A DNA stretch of 63,920 bases, filler included, from Lama guanicoe (GCA_013239625.1; 80 parts of 79 records of this genome joined end to end with filler, not necessarily neighbours in it); one strand, 5' to 3'; shown: positions 1 to 13,539, counted from the first letter of the whole stretch. Program-made: numbers and translations. Notes: generated from the sequence alone by a model not told the origin.

Positions 1-1054
1 GAGAAGTGGATTTGTCCAAGGATAGACTGCTCACTAGTTAGCAAATGGTATCATAGATTAGCCAACAGGTAAGTCCTTTGAATGTAAATCAAACACATCA
101 CAAAACTCAGCTAATGTTTGTTTGTTTTGTATTTGTTTCGTTTTCTCCTTAGCAAAGCTTTCTTAATGAAGTGCTTTGATTTGCTTTTTCCAGATGTGTA
201 GCTTGAGTAACAGTGCATTTTGCCCCCTCTTCTATTTCATCCTCTTCTAACACTCAGGTATACTATCACACAGATACCAGTTTTTGTGTATCCTTAGATT
301 CCTTCTCCTCTTCCAAGTCTTAGCTTAAGGGTAACCTCATCGGGTAGAATCTGCTGCCCACCAACTTAAAATAATTGCGGAACTACCTCTGTGTTTTCCA
401 TCAAGACATCTTATTTAATTTTTAAATAACAATAATCACACCTTGCAATTTTATATTTTATTAGTCACTCGTTTGTTTGTTTGTTAGCCTCTCCTAGAAC
501 TGTGAGTTTAATAAAGACTCATGCTGTTTTTGTGCACTATGCCCAGTGTCTGGAAGGTAGTATTCAATATCTAAATTAAAATACAAACGTATATATTTGA
601 CTGCATATTTAGATGGTTACTAAGAAGAAGTCACAGCTATACATCTTCCCTAACCTTCTAATTTGGGAGATATAGCCCTCATGTGTCTGTTACTGCAGTT
701 TGTGTATAACTGTATCCTAGAAAATGTCACTCCACACTGAATTTATCTTATCTGNNNNNNNNNNNNNNNNNNNNNNNNNNNNNNNNNNNNNNNNNNNNNN
801 NNNNNNNNNNNNNNNNNNNNNNNNNNNNNNNNNNNNNNNNNNNNNNNNNNNNNNNNNNNNNNNNNNNNNNNNNNNNNNNNNNNNNNNNNNNNNNNNNNNN
901 NNNNNNNNNNNNNNNNNNNNNNNNNNACCTTATGTGATATAACATGAAGTCTGATGAAAATTAACTTCTAGGAAGACGTTTCTTATTCATTCATTGTTCT
1001 TCTCCCATTACAATGTGAGCTCTCTGGAAGCAGGGGATGACTTATATTATATTT

Positions 1055-1154
1055 NNNNNNNNNNNNNNNNNNNNNNNNNNNNNNNNNNNNNNNNNNNNTT
1101 AATTAATTAANNNNNNNNNNNNNNNNNNNNNNNNNNNNNNNNNNNNNNNNNNNN
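1055..1154. other. Artificial contig linker N44-TTAATTAATTAA-N44 (first of about 79 identical linkers in the window)
   Basis: Exactly 44 N + TTAATTAATTAA (1099-1110) + 44 N, recurring between unrelated sequence blocks; the 12-mer puts stops in all six frames and explains ORFs ending in 'LIN'. Confidence 0.98.
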
Positions 1155-1798
1155 GAAATCATTTGGGCCTGGGCTTTTGGTTGTGGGAAGTTTCAAAATT
1201 CCTAGTTTAATCATTTTACTTACTATAGGCCTGTTCACATATTCTAGTTCTTCTAGAGTCATTTTCTCTAATTTGTGTCTTCCTAGGAATTTCTCCATTT
1301 CAGCCAGGCGGCAAGTCTAGCTCTGGTGCATAGAATTCCCTCATAATTCATTTTACTTCTATGAACTCCTAATTTTATTGTTTTGTCTCCTTTTATTCCT
1401 TCTTGATCAATCTGGGAAGAGGTTGTTGTTTGAATGTTGTTTGATTTTAAAGAACCTCCTTGAATTTTGTTGATTTTTTTCTACTGTTTTTCTGTCCTTT
1501 ATTGCTTTTATTTCTGCTTTAATCTTTATTTCCTTACTTCTGCTTCCTTAGGGTTCAGTTGGCTCTCAACTTTTTATTGTTTTTAAAATTGGAATGTGAC
1601 ATTATTTGTCATCATCTTTCTTTAACATAAGCATTTACAGCTATGTATTTTTTTCTATCCACCATATCTGCTGTATTCCATAATTTTTAGTATGTTGTAA
1701 TTTCTCCCGTGATCTCTTCTGTAACCCCCTGGTTATTTACAAGTATGGTGTTTAATTTCCACATATTTTTGAATTTCCCCAATCATCTTCCCATACTG
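1155..1798 (-). mobile_element. Old LINE-1 ORF2 fragment
   Basis: Minus-strand peptide MEKFLGRHKL...NRPI...LPTTKSPGPNDF resembles the L1 ORF2p segment LNRPIT...LPTKKSPGPDGF. Confidence 0.85.
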
Positions 1799-2599
1799 NN
1801 NNNNNNNNNNNNNNNNNNNNNNNNNNNNNNNNNNNNNNNNNNTTAATTAATTAANNNNNNNNNNNNNNNNNNNNNNNNNNNNNNNNNNNNNNNNNNNNTG
1901 TTTATTTCCCCTCATCTGTGAAAATGAGATTAGAGTTATAGAACGTAACGTGATCAAACCTGGGATCCTCATGAAAACAGTATATCAGATTCTTTCCCCA
2001 CAAAATTAGATTCAGTACCTCCTTGGGCCTCATCATAGATGAAAATTAACCTCCAGCTCAGAAAGGCTCAGGAAACTGTTTTGAGAAAAAAAAAAAATCA
2101 CACCAGGGAATTCTCGTGATCAGAAGTTTGGGAACCTCAACTAAGTTGTTGATTATTTTTTTATTTGTTTGCATGTTTGTTGTTCCTAAATTATATACTC
2201 AGCTGTTTTTCTCTCCTCTTAAAATGCGAACCACTTAAATGTAGGGACTACGTCTAATATTTTTTTCCCCTCCTTACNNNNNNNNNNNNNNNNNNNNNNN
2301 NNNNNNNNNNNNNNNNNNNNNTTAATTAATTAANNNNNNNNNNNNNNNNNNNNNNNNNNNNNNNNNNNNNNNNNNNNTTTTCAAAATTGTGCTTCAACTT
2401 GCTTTTATATTATTTATTATACAATGACTTCAAATCTTTACTTCTCCCTTCTTTAAAATTCTTTATCTCTCTCTCTCAAATTCCTCTTTTCTTAGTTGTA
2501 TTACTACATAGGATTTAGGTAGATAAACTCTTTTAGGACCACAGTAGATAACTGATACTCCATAAACCACAGTGCCAGAGAGGTAGGAGCAAGATGAAT

Positions 2600-2898
2600 A
2601 AGCAGAGAAACAATTTGGAATTAAAGAACAAGAGAAATCCCACCCTGAAAGTCAGTAAAATAGGGATTGATTGCCTACAATATCATGATTTCAAAAAAGG
2701 AGAGATCAAATTATTGAAGTAAATAAAAGATAGTGTTTAGAGATATAAAATATGTTTAAATGAAATGGAAGCTATAAAGAAGGGTCGAGTAAAATAGGTA
2801 AACACGTTGACTGAGATGAGGAATTAACTAAAGGTATCACAAAGCTGACAAGACAATGCAGAAGAACTACTTAGTGACTTAGAAGACAGGACAGTACA
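2600..2898 (+). mobile_element. Degenerate LINE-1 ORF1 (coiled-coil region) fragment
   Basis: A-rich; ends in gcagaagaactacttagtgacttagaagacagg (AEELLSDLEDR), like L1 ORF1p AEERISELEDR. Confidence 0.55.
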
Positions 2899-3377
2899 NN
2901 NNNNNNNNNNNNNNNNNNNNNNNNNNNNNNNNNNNNNNNNNNTTAATTAATTAANNNNNNNNNNNNNNNNNNNNNNNNNNNNNNNNNNNNNNNNNNNNGT
3001 TCCTTAGGTCGCACAACTAGAGTGAGACTTGAGGTTGCAGACTGAGCTTTTGTTCCAGTTTCCAGACCCCTTTTCTTTACTCCATGTTTTCCTTAATTAG
3101 TGTTATTAATAATTTTGGAAGTTTAGAGTATTCTACTCTTACAAGGAAATTTATTTCAGAAACGTGTTCGAATTTGCAAGGTCATAATTTTGGAAATGCA
3201 TTGAGGGAATGTTTTACCAAGTAATGCTAGCTAGGTACAAAGACTAGTTAAACTTCATTAAAAAAAAAAAGAATATTTTCATCCTTTTCAGGAACAGAGT
3301 GCTTCACAGCACTCTGAATGAATGGACCTGACAAGCAGTCTAAGTGAAAGAAGACCTTAATGGCCACATGTTGTATG

Positions 3378-3476
3378 ATTTACTTATTTATTTACTAGAG
3401 GAGGTTCCAAGGGTTGAACCCAGGACCTCGTGCCTGCTAAGCAAGCGCTCTACCGCTCTATCTACACCCTCCCCCC
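3378..3476 (-). mobile_element. tRNA-Ala-derived camelid SINE (Vic-1 type)
   Basis: Reverse complement GGGGAGGGTGTAGATAGAGCGGTAGAGCGCTTGCTTAGCAGGCACGAGGTCCTGGGTTCAACCCTTGGAACCTCC followed by a (TAAA)n-like tail; A and B boxes visible. Confidence 0.85.
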
Positions 3477-3499
3477 GACCCGGGAAAGTTCTTGAACCC

Positions 3500-3636
3500 A
3501 ACTGTTAGTGGATTTTACTGAGGTTTCGTTACATAGGCAAGATTGATTAAATCATTGGCCATTAGTGGTCCGTCTCTGCTCCCTCTTCTCTCACCAGAGA
3601 TTGAGGGGTAGGGATGAAAGTTCCAACCTCTTATCA
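3500..3636. mobile_element. ERV LTR fragment, MER21-like
   Basis: ttacataggcaagattgattaaatcattggccatt and gatgaaagttccaacc resemble the MER21 LTR consensus as recalled. Confidence 0.55.
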
Positions 3637-3736
3637 NNNNNNNNNNNNNNNNNNNNNNNNNNNNNNNNNNNNNNNNNNNNTTAATTAATTAANNNNNNNN
3701 NNNNNNNNNNNNNNNNNNNNNNNNNNNNNNNNNNNN

Positions 3737-4249
3737 TGAATTTAGAAATTAGAATATAGTATGTAGAAATCAGAATATAGAATATTGTATACGTAATGCA
3801 GGATATAGAATGTAGAATATAGAAAGAATAACACAAAATTTAGAATATAGAATAGAGAATATAGAAACCAGAATTTAGAACATGGAATGCTGAACAGAGA
3901 ATTAAGGATATAGAATTCAGAATACTGAATATAGAATTTAGAATATAGAATGCAGAACACAGAATTTAGAATATAGATTACAGAATACTGAATAAAGGAA
4001 TACTGAATAAAGGATTTAGAAAATACAATGTAGAAAACACAATATATTATATAGATTAGAGAATATAGAACACAGAATTTACAACATGGAATGCATAACT
4101 CAGAATATAGAATATGAAATACAGAATACTGAATATAGAATTTCGAATATATAATATAGAACACACAATAAAGAACATAGAAAACGGAATGCAGAATATA
4201 AAATACGGTATATAGAATATAGAAAACAGAATATAAAATATTGAAAACT
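3737..4249 (+). repeat. Degenerate heptamer (AGAATAT)n satellite
   Basis: 7-bp periodic AGAAnnn units throughout. Confidence 0.95.
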
Positions 4250-4349
4250 NNNNNNNNNNNNNNNNNNNNNNNNNNNNNNNNNNNNNNNNNNNNTTAATTA
4301 ATTAANNNNNNNNNNNNNNNNNNNNNNNNNNNNNNNNNNNNNNNNNNNN

Positions 4350-5113
4350 AATAAATAGGTTTTATTATGTTGAGATACGTTCCCTCTATACCCACTTTGA
4401 TAAGAGTTTTTATCATAAATGGATGTTGAATTTTATCAAATGCTTTTTCTGCGTCTATTGAGATGATCGTGTGATTTTTGTCCTTTCTTTTGTTGATGTG
4501 GTGTATCACATTGATTGATTTGCATGTGTTGAACCATCCTTGTATCCCTGAGATGAACCCAACTTGATAATGATGTATAATTATTTTGTGTGTTTTTGGA
4601 TTCTGTTTGCTAATATTTGTTGAGGATTTTCCCCCTTTCATTTCTTAATTTGTTTTTTGATTTCTCTTTCTCTTTTCTTCTTGGTGAACATGGCCAGAGG
4701 TTTTTTATTTTGTTTAGTCTTTAAAAAAACCAGCTCTTGATTTGATTGATTTTTTTATTTTCTATTTTATTTATTTCCTCTCTGATCTTTATTATTTCTT
4801 TCCTTTTACTAGCTTTAGGTTTTATTTGTTCTTCTTTTTGTTATTGTTTTATAGGTGGTAGGTTAGGTTGGTTATTTGATTTTTTTCTGGTTTTTTAAGG
4901 AAGGCCTGTATCACTGTTAACTTCCCTCTTAGGACTGCTTTTGTTGCATCTCATAGATCTTATGTGGTTGTGTTTTCATTGTCATTTGTTTTAAGGGATT
5001 TTTAAATTTCCTCTTTGATTTTATTGTTGACCCATTTGTTTTTTAGTATCATGTTTTTTAGTCACCAGGCAACTGTTTTTTTTCTCACTCTAGTTGTTTT
5101 CTAATCTCATGTA
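4350..5113 (-). mobile_element. LINE-1 ORF2 fragment (RT N-terminal part)
   Basis: Peptide [55 protein letters not shown] is canonical L1 ORF2p. Confidence 0.95.
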
Positions 5114-5213
5114 NNNNNNNNNNNNNNNNNNNNNNNNNNNNNNNNNNNNNNNNNNNNTTAATTAATTAANNNNNNNNNNNNNNNNNNNNNNNNNNNNNNN
5201 NNNNNNNNNNNNN

Positions 5214-5962
5214 CTTCCCACTAAAATCTGGGACAAGACAAGGATGCCCACTTTCACCACTCTTATTCAACATAGTCCTAGAAGTCCTAGTCACAGCAAT
5301 CAGGCAAGAGAAAGAAATAAAAGGGATCCAAATTGGGAAAGAAGAGGTAAAAGTGTCATTATATGCTGATGACATGTTACTATATATAGAAAACCCTAAT
5401 AGGTCCACACAAAAGCTACTAGAGCTGATTGAAGAATTCAGCAAGGTATCAGGTTACAAAATTAATGCTCAAACATCTGTTGCATTTCTTTACACTTAAG
5501 ATAAGTCAACAGAAAAAGAAAGTAAAGAAACAATCCCCTTCAAAATAGCACCCAAAATAATAAAATATCTGGGAATAATTCTAACCAAGGAGGTGAAAGA
5601 ATTATACACAGAAAACTATAAACCATTGATGAAGGAAATTAAAGAAGACTTTAAAAAATGGAAAGATATTCCATGCTCTTGGATTGGAAGAATCAATATT
5701 GTTAAAATGGTCACACTGCCCAAGGCAATCTACAGATTTAATGCAANNNNNNNNNNNNNNNNNNNNNNNNNNNNNNNNNNNNNNNNNNNNNNNNNNNNNN
5801 NNNNNNNNNNNNNNNNNNNNNNNNNNNNNNNNNNNNNNNNNNNNNNNNNNNNNNNNNNNNNNNNNNNNNNNNNNNNNNNNNNCTTCAGACAACACTATAG
5901 AGCTACAGTCATAAAGACAGCATTGTATTGGTACCAAAACAGACATATAGACCAATGGAACA
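5214..5962 (+). mobile_element. LINE-1 ORF2 reverse-transcriptase fragment, disrupted
   Basis: Frame reads [25 protein letters not shown]...YADDM (YADD at 5362-5373), in-frame TAA at 5497-5499, then [18 protein letters not shown]. Confidence 0.96.
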
Positions 5963-6857
5963 NNNNNNNNNNNNNNNNNNNNNNNNNNNNNNNNNNNNNN
6001 NNNNNNTTAATTAATTAANNNNNNNNNNNNNNNNNNNNNNNNNNNNNNNNNNNNNNNNNNNNACTATTTGTCCAAAGTCAGACCATAATTTTGGGTGCAG
6101 GGTCCTCAGTTCAGCATGGCTCCCTGGGCCTTCTGCCCTCTCCGTTCAGCACCAGAGCCAGATGTGGGTTCAGCTGTCTCCCAGCCCAGAATATCCGGCA
6201 GGTCGCAAGAAACACCTTGCCCTGCGCTGTTTGAGCAAAAACTCCGGAGGAGAGGCAGTTAGAAAAGGGATTAACATAAAAACAGACGACTGCAAACTGT
6301 GATCAACTCTGAGAAGGAAAGGAACAGGCCTCGCCGTGCAGAGCTGGTGGTTTTCCCGTCGGGGCTGCTCTGGGGGCGCTCATCTCAGCTAAACAAGCTC
6401 TGCTGCTGCACCAAGGCAGGAAGGCAGGGCGTTTGTGGCCAGATAGACAGGGCCTTGTTAATCTTACTCACTCCCCATTAAGCGGCAGCTGTCACGGGCA
6501 CTTACCTAGTAAACAGATGTCGGCCATAATCATCACGCACTTTGCTTGGTAGTTTTATTGGCCCCACTTTTGAGATGAGGTAATTGAAAATGGGAAGTTT
6601 GCTGCATGCCATGATTTCCTTGGAAATACCCCACTGGTCTTTCCACCTAGACTGGTGTGGCTGTCATATCCCAGCCATGTGAATGGCATCGTGTAACTTC
6701 ACCCAAGAAGCCCAAATGACTGACATTGATTTTCTTAATTCGTAGAAAATGCTATGTNNNNNNNNNNNNNNNNNNNNNNNNNNNNNNNNNNNNNNNNNNN
6801 NTTAATTAATTAANNNNNNNNNNNNNNNNNNNNNNNNNNNNNNNNNNNNNNNNNNNN

Positions 6858-7283
6858 ATATATATATTATAAACACACATTTTATTTTTCCATCATCTAT
6901 TGATGACCAGTTAATTTGCTTCTATATCCTGTCTATTGTATATAATGCTGCAGTGAATATATGTTTGAATTTATCTTTTCTGGTTAGTGTTTTTATTTTC
7001 TTGGAATAAGTATCCAGGTATGGAAATGTTGGATTATATTTCATTTTTAATTTTTAGAGAAAACTGCATACTGTTTTCCACAGTGGCAGCACAAATTTAC
7101 ATTCACTCCAGCAGTGCATCATGTTTGTTTTTCTTACATCCTAACCAACACTTATATTTGTTATCTTTTTGATTATATTCTTTCTGACAGGGCTGACATA
7201 AAATCTCATTGTGTTTTGGACTTGCACTCAGCACTCTTCTGATGATTAGTGATGTTGACCGGTTTCATATGCCTGTTGGTTAC
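6858..7283 (-). mobile_element. LINE-1 3' ORF2 fragment
   Basis: catactgttttccacagtggcagcacaaatttacattc typical of antisense L1 ORF2 C-terminal region. Confidence 0.85.
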
Positions 7284-7953
7284 NNNNNNNNNNNNNNNNN
7301 NNNNNNNNNNNNNNNNNNNNNNNNNNNTTAATTAATTAANNNNNNNNNNNNNNNNNNNNNNNNNNNNNNNNNNNNNNNNNNNNCTTTGGTCAGTTTTGCA
7401 TAAAAGAGCAGCTTCCAGTGTGAACCGGGGGGCGGGTTTCGCTTCTGCTCCCATCCTTACTGGAAACGTCAAGGGAAACCAAATGTTCTTTTCTCAACAC
7501 TTTTCTGATGACACCTTCCCACCCACAATACTCATATGCTCAAGAGTTTTGGGTCCACGTGATTTTGTTTCCCTTATGCTTAGCGGCTCAAAACACTGCG
7601 GGATTTTTTCTTTTTTGAGGGTATTTGTACTCAGTTTCTCGGCTTTAATCTGTTTTTGTCTCTCTCTTCACTGTTACTAGCATTTGCCACTTCTTACTCC
7701 CTTCAGCAGCCTCCCCCCCAACATCTAGTCTAGGAAATCAGCTGTGATGAGGGGCCCGGGGTCAGTCACAGAAGATGCAACTACGGCACAGAAGGCTATA
7801 TAACTTGCCCAAGGAGATCAGCTTCAACCCCCAACAGTGTGTGTCACGTCCCTNNNNNNNNNNNNNNNNNNNNNNNNNNNNNNNNNNNNNNNNNNNNTTA
7901 ATTAATTAANNNNNNNNNNNNNNNNNNNNNNNNNNNNNNNNNNNNNNNNNNNN

Positions 7954-8632
7954 CTATATTCTGTATTCTATATTCTATATTCTGTGTTCTGCATTCCATA
8001 TTTTATATTCTGTGTTCTGTATTCTGTTATCCATATTCTATATTCTGTGTTCTATATTCTATATCTGTATTTTATATTCTACATTCCGTATTCTATTTTC
8101 TTTATTCTGCGTTATACATTTTATAATCTAAATTCTATATTCAGTATTATGTACTGTATATTTTTAATTCTGTGTTCCGCATACGATGTTCTAAATTCTG
8201 TCTTCTATATTCCATATTCTATATTCTATATTTTGTGTTCTTCATTCTATATTCTACGTTGTAGATTCTGAATTCCGTATTGTATATTCTTTATACTGTG
8301 TTCAACAATCTATATTTTAAATACTATATTCAGTATTCTGTATTCTATATTCAAAATTCTGTTTTCTACATTCTATATTCATAATTCTATATTCAGTATT
8401 TTGTATTCTATATTCAAAATTTTGTGTTCTGCATTCCATGTTCTAAATTCGGTGTTCTATATTCTCTATTCTATATTCTAAATATTGTGGTTTTTATTCT
8501 ATATTCTACAATCTATATTGTGTATTAGTTATTCTATAATCTATGTTCTGTTTTCTACATACTGTATTCTAAATTCTATATGAAGTATTCTGTATTCTAT
8601 ATTCTAAATTCTGTCTTCTGCATTCCATGTTC
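7954..8632 (-). repeat. Degenerate heptamer satellite (TATTCTA orientation)
   Basis: 7-bp periodic TATTCTA units. Confidence 0.95.
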
Positions 8633-8732
8633 NNNNNNNNNNNNNNNNNNNNNNNNNNNNNNNNNNNNNNNNNNNNTTAATTAATTAANNNNNNNNNNNN
8701 NNNNNNNNNNNNNNNNNNNNNNNNNNNNNNNN

Positions 8733-9488
8733 GGGGAAGTCCGAGAAATAACTTCCCTGACCTTGGGGGGCATCCTCTGTCTCTAGGATTTCCTGCAACC
8801 CCCCCAAGCATTCCCTGGCATAGAGACATGAGGAAAACACTCAGGGGAGACGAGCACAGGCATAACGTTAGAACCCACGCAGTGCCGAACTTTGGTGGAA
8901 CCTCCCCACGCTCAGGATTCCGGAACTATTGTCAGTGCGTGGGGGAGCTCGAGAGACAACTCCACGCAGCTCTCTTCAGTCACAGGTGTTCCCTGCTCGG
9001 GGAAGTCCGAGAAANNNNNNNNNNNNNNNNNNNNNNNNNNNNNNNNNNNNNNNNNNNNNNNNNNNNNNNNNNNNNNNNNNNNNNNNNNNNNNNNNNNNNN
9101 NNNNNNNNNNNNNNNNNNNNNNNNNNNNNNNNNNNNNNNNNNNNNNNNNNNNNNNNNNNNNNNNNNNNNNNNNNNNNNNNNNNNNNNNNNNNNNNNNNNN
9201 NNNNNNNNNNNNNNNNNNNNNNNNNNNNNNNNNNNNNNNNNNNNNNNNNNNNNNNNNNNNNNNNNNNNNNNNNNNNNNNNNNNNNNNNNNNNNNNNNNNN
9301 NNNNNNNNNNNNNNNNNNNNNNNNNNNNNNNNNNNNNNNNNNNNNNNNNNNNNNNNNNNNNNNNNNNNNNNNNNNNNNNNNNNNNNNNNNNNNNNNNNNN
9401 NNNNNNNNNNNNGCATTCCGCTCCACGCGCTGCCCACCTTTGGTGGAACTTCCCCACGCTCAGGATTCCGGAACTATTGTCATTGAGT
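8733..9488 (+). repeat. 267-bp GC-rich satellite
   Basis: Shares ggtggaacctccccacgctcaggattccggaac and gcagctctcttcagtcacaggtgttccc with the 53064-54220 array. Confidence 0.93.
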
Positions 9489-9621
9489 NNNNNNNNNNNN
9501 NNNNNNNNNNNNNNNNNNNNNNNNNNNNNNNNTTAATTAATTAANNNNNNNNNNNNNNNNNNNNNNNNNNNNNNNNNNNNNNNNNNNNAATGTATTATAC
9601 ACAAAAAAGGCACATAAAGCA

Positions 9622-9857
9622 CGGTAGTACTGTGGTTACAATCGTGAGCCTGAGTTCGAGTCCTGCTCTGGAGTGACCAGTCCTGTGAGATGGAGAGCTG
9701 GTAGGTCTGCTTAGCCTCTCCCGGACTTGTTTTCTGTCCTGCAGAGACGGCGCTCGCTAGGCGTCCCCCCCCGTAGAGGTGCTGTGGGGTGTAAATGACG
9801 CGCGTGGGCAGCCCGAGCACAGCTGCTCGTTCCTCGTAAGTGCAGGGTAGCATAGCT
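9622..9857 (+). mobile_element. MIR-like SINE, unusually CpG-rich
   Basis: Colinear with the MIR core (gttcgagtcctgctctg...gttttctgtcctgcaga...agaggtgctgtggggtgtaaatga...cagctgctcgttcctcgtaagtgc). Confidence 0.55.
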
Positions 9858-10145
9858 TTTGCGGTGACGGCTTTATGACCGCCCCATGTAGACTCTCAGT
9901 GCTCCAAAGGGATTTCTTGTGGTTTGGAGGTGAGATTCTCACTTCTGTAAATACCGAATGATTGTGTTATTGGGCCCTGCTGATTTGCATCTATTTTTTA
10001 GAAAGTACATATTGTATATTTTTTCAAGCATGCATGATTTTTTCTNNNNNNNNNNNNNNNNNNNNNNNNNNNNNNNNNNNNNNNNNNNNTTAATTAATTA
10101 ANNNNNNNNNNNNNNNNNNNNNNNNNNNNNNNNNNNNNNNNNNNN

Positions 10146-11021
10146 TACAGAACCCAGAATTTTGAAAATGGAATGCAGAACACAGAATTTAGAAAATAAA
10201 ATACAGAACTGAATATAGAATTTAGAACATATAATGCAGAACACAGAATTTAGAATATAGAATACAGAATACTGAATAAAACATATAGAACATGGAATGC
10301 AGAACATAGAATTTAGAATATAGAATAAAGAATACTGAATATAGAATTTAGAATATACAATGTAGAACCCAGGATATAGAATATAGAATTCGGAATGCAG
10401 AATATAGAATACAGAATATAGAATATAACACAGAATGTAGAATATGGAAAACAGTACAGAACCCAGAATTAAGAACATGGATTGCAGAAACAGAATTTAG
10501 AATATAGAATAGAGAATACTGAAAATAGAATTTAGAACATATAATGCAGAAAACAGGATATAGAATTTAGAATCCAGAATTTAGAACATGATATGCAGAA
10601 CACTGAATTTAGAAAGAAGAATATAGAATACTGAATATAGAATTTAGAACATAGAATGCAGAACACAGAATTTAGANNNNNNNNNNNNNNNNNNNNNNNN
10701 NNNNNNNNNNNNNNNNNNNNNNNNNNNNNNNNNNNNNNNNNNNNNNNNNNNNNNNNNNNNNNNNNNNNNNNNNNNNNNNNNNNNNNNNNNNNNNNNNNNN
10801 NNNNNNNNNNNNNNNNNNNNNNNNNNNNNNNNNNNNNNNNNNNNNNNNNNNNNNNNNNNNNNNNNNNNNNNNNNNNAGAATTTAGAATATAAAATACAGA
10901 ATACTGAATATAGAAATTAGTACATGGAATGCAGAACATAAAATTTAGAATATAGTTTAAAGAATCCTGAATATAAAATTTAGAAAATAGAATGCAGAAC
11001 ACAGAATTTAGAATATAGAAT
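10146..11021 (+). repeat. Degenerate heptamer (AGAATAT)n satellite
   Basis: 7-bp periodicity. Confidence 0.95.
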
Positions 11022-11121
11022 NNNNNNNNNNNNNNNNNNNNNNNNNNNNNNNNNNNNNNNNNNNNTTAATTAATTAANNNNNNNNNNNNNNNNNNNNNNN
11101 NNNNNNNNNNNNNNNNNNNNN

Positions 11122-11555
11122 CTGCACAGCAAAGGAAACCAGAAATAAAACAAGAAGACAACCTACAGAACGGTAGAAAATTTTAGCAAATGAAACCGAC
11201 AAAGGTTGATCTCCAGAATATATAAGCAGCTCATATGACTTAATAAGAAACCACCAAACAACCTAATCCAAAAATGGGCAAAAGACCTAAACAAGCAATT
11301 CTCCAAGGAAGACATACAAATGATCAATAGGCATATGAAAAAATGCTCAATATCACTAATAAATTATCAGAGAAATGCAAATCAAAACTATAATGAGGTA
11401 CCACCTCATACCAGTCAGAATGGACATCATTCAAAAATCCACAAATGACAAATGCTGGAGAGGCTGTGGAGAAAAGGGAGCCCTCCTAGCCCTCCTACAC
11501 TGCTGTTTGGAATGCAGTTTGGTGCAGCCACTGTGGAAAACAGTATGGAGATTCC
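11122..11555 (+). mobile_element. LINE-1 ORF2 C-terminal (CCHC) fragment
   Basis: [16 protein letters not shown]...[10 protein letters not shown]...HC...[12 protein letters not shown]. Confidence 0.95.
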
Positions 11556-12514
11556 NNNNNNNNNNNNNNNNNNNNNNNNNNNNNNNNNNNNNNNNNNNNT
11601 TAATTAATTAANNNNNNNNNNNNNNNNNNNNNNNNNNNNNNNNNNNNNNNNNNNNAAAACACTCTGCAATCAACATCACTGTCACCGATTTTAAATGGAA
11701 GAACAAACAATGCTATCCTATTGCCCAAGTTAAGGCAGGCCTTAGCTCATCCCTCTTTGCTACACTCTCTCCTTAATGCTGACGTAGTGCTTGCTGCCAG
11801 AATAGTTATCTTGTTTTCCCTACTAGCCTGGAAGCTTCCCGAAGGCAAGTGCGCATCTAACACACTTCAACCAGGCATCAAAGCCGATCTCCAACTGTCC
11901 CTCTTTTCCTTCCACTTAGCTTTCTAAATCCCATCCCTTGAAGGCTGGCATTCCTCACATATCAGCCTTAGGCCCTCTGCCCTTTCTTGCTCTATGCACT
12001 TCGCATTGTCACTTCATGCGCTCTTGGCTCCATCACCAACTGTATGTGTGGTTCAGACCCGCCTGGCCAACTCCTCTGGTAGAAAATACCTGTATGGAGA
12101 GAGGAATCCATCAGGGGCCCTGGGACTCTTTTGTGACCTCTGGCAGGGCCAACACTGGTAGGAGGACAGCGAGACCCTGAGGATGTGAAATTTAAGGAGA
12201 TGCTCCGTCAGGATTGTGGACTTGCTGACCCTGAACTTTCATGACCCTGAGAACAAGTCCGGCCTTGACCTCTGGGGCTGGCCTAGGGAACATGCTTGGT
12301 ACACCAACAGTGTCGGCTCTAGTCCAATAGGCCTTTGGAATGTACTGTAGTATAATACGTTTTTTCTTGTCGTATAGTTAGTGCTATGCTGGGCTTTCCC
12401 TTTGTTACATGTTANNNNNNNNNNNNNNNNNNNNNNNNNNNNNNNNNNNNNNNNNNNNTTAATTAATTAANNNNNNNNNNNNNNNNNNNNNNNNNNNNNN
12501 NNNNNNNNNNNNNN

Positions 12515-13439
12515 TCTATATTCTAAATTCTGTGTTAACATTCTATATTCTAAATTGCATATTAAGTATGCTGTATTTTATATTCTAAATTCTGAGTTCT
12601 GCTTTCCATGTTCCAAAATCTGGCTTCAATATTTTCCTTGCTATTTTTTTTTCTGTTTTCTACATTATATATTCTAAATTATTTATTCAGTATTATGTAN
12701 NNNNNNNNNNNNNNNNNNNNNNNNNNNNNNNNNNNNNNNNNNNNNNNNNNNNNNNNNNNNNNNNNNNNNNNNNNNNNNNNNNNNNNNNNNNNNNNNNNNN
12801 NNNNNNNNNNNNNNNNNNNNNNNNNNNNNNNNNNNNNNNNNNNNNNNNNNNNNNNNNNNNNNNNNNNNNNNNNNNNNNNNNNNNNNNNNNNNNNNNNNNN
12901 NNNNNNNNNNTGTATTCAGTGTATTCTATATTCTAAATTCTGTGTTCTGCATTCCATGTCCTAAACTCTCGGTTCTGTATTCTGTTCTCCATATTCTACA
13001 ATCTGTGTTCTATATTCCATATTCTGTATTCTATTTTCGGCATTCCGTATTCTATATTCTGTATTCTGTGTTCTAAATTCTATATTCAGTATAAATAATC
13101 TATATTCTACTTTCTGTGTTCTGCATTCCATGTCCTAAACTCTCGGTTCTGTATTCTGTTCTCCATATTCTACAATCTGTGTTCTATATTCCATATTCTG
13201 TATTCTATTTTCGGCATTCCGTATTCTATATTCTGTATTCTGTGTTCTAAATTCTATATTCAGTATAAATAATCTATATTCTACTTTCTGTGTTCTGCAT
13301 TCCATTTTCTTAATTCAGTTTACTGTATTCTGTTTTCCATACTCTATATACTGTGTTCTAGTTTGTATATTCTGTATTCTATATTCTGCGTTCGGTATTC
13401 TATATTCTATATTCTGTGTTCTACATTCTATATTCTAAA
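12515..13439 (-). repeat. Degenerate heptamer satellite with internal 174-bp tandem duplication
   Basis: tgtgttctgcattcca recurs at 12941, 13115 and 13289, with apparently identical intervening sequence. Confidence 0.93.
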
Positions 13440-13539
13440 NNNNNNNNNNNNNNNNNNNNNNNNNNNNNNNNNNNNNNNNNNNNTTAATTAATTAANNNNN
13501 NNNNNNNNNNNNNNNNNNNNNNNNNNNNNNNNNNNNNNN

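Noticed and set aside
3400..3476. tRNA-Ala-like gene
   Set aside because: Degenerate D arm and an AT-rich tail; better explained as a tRNA-derived SINE
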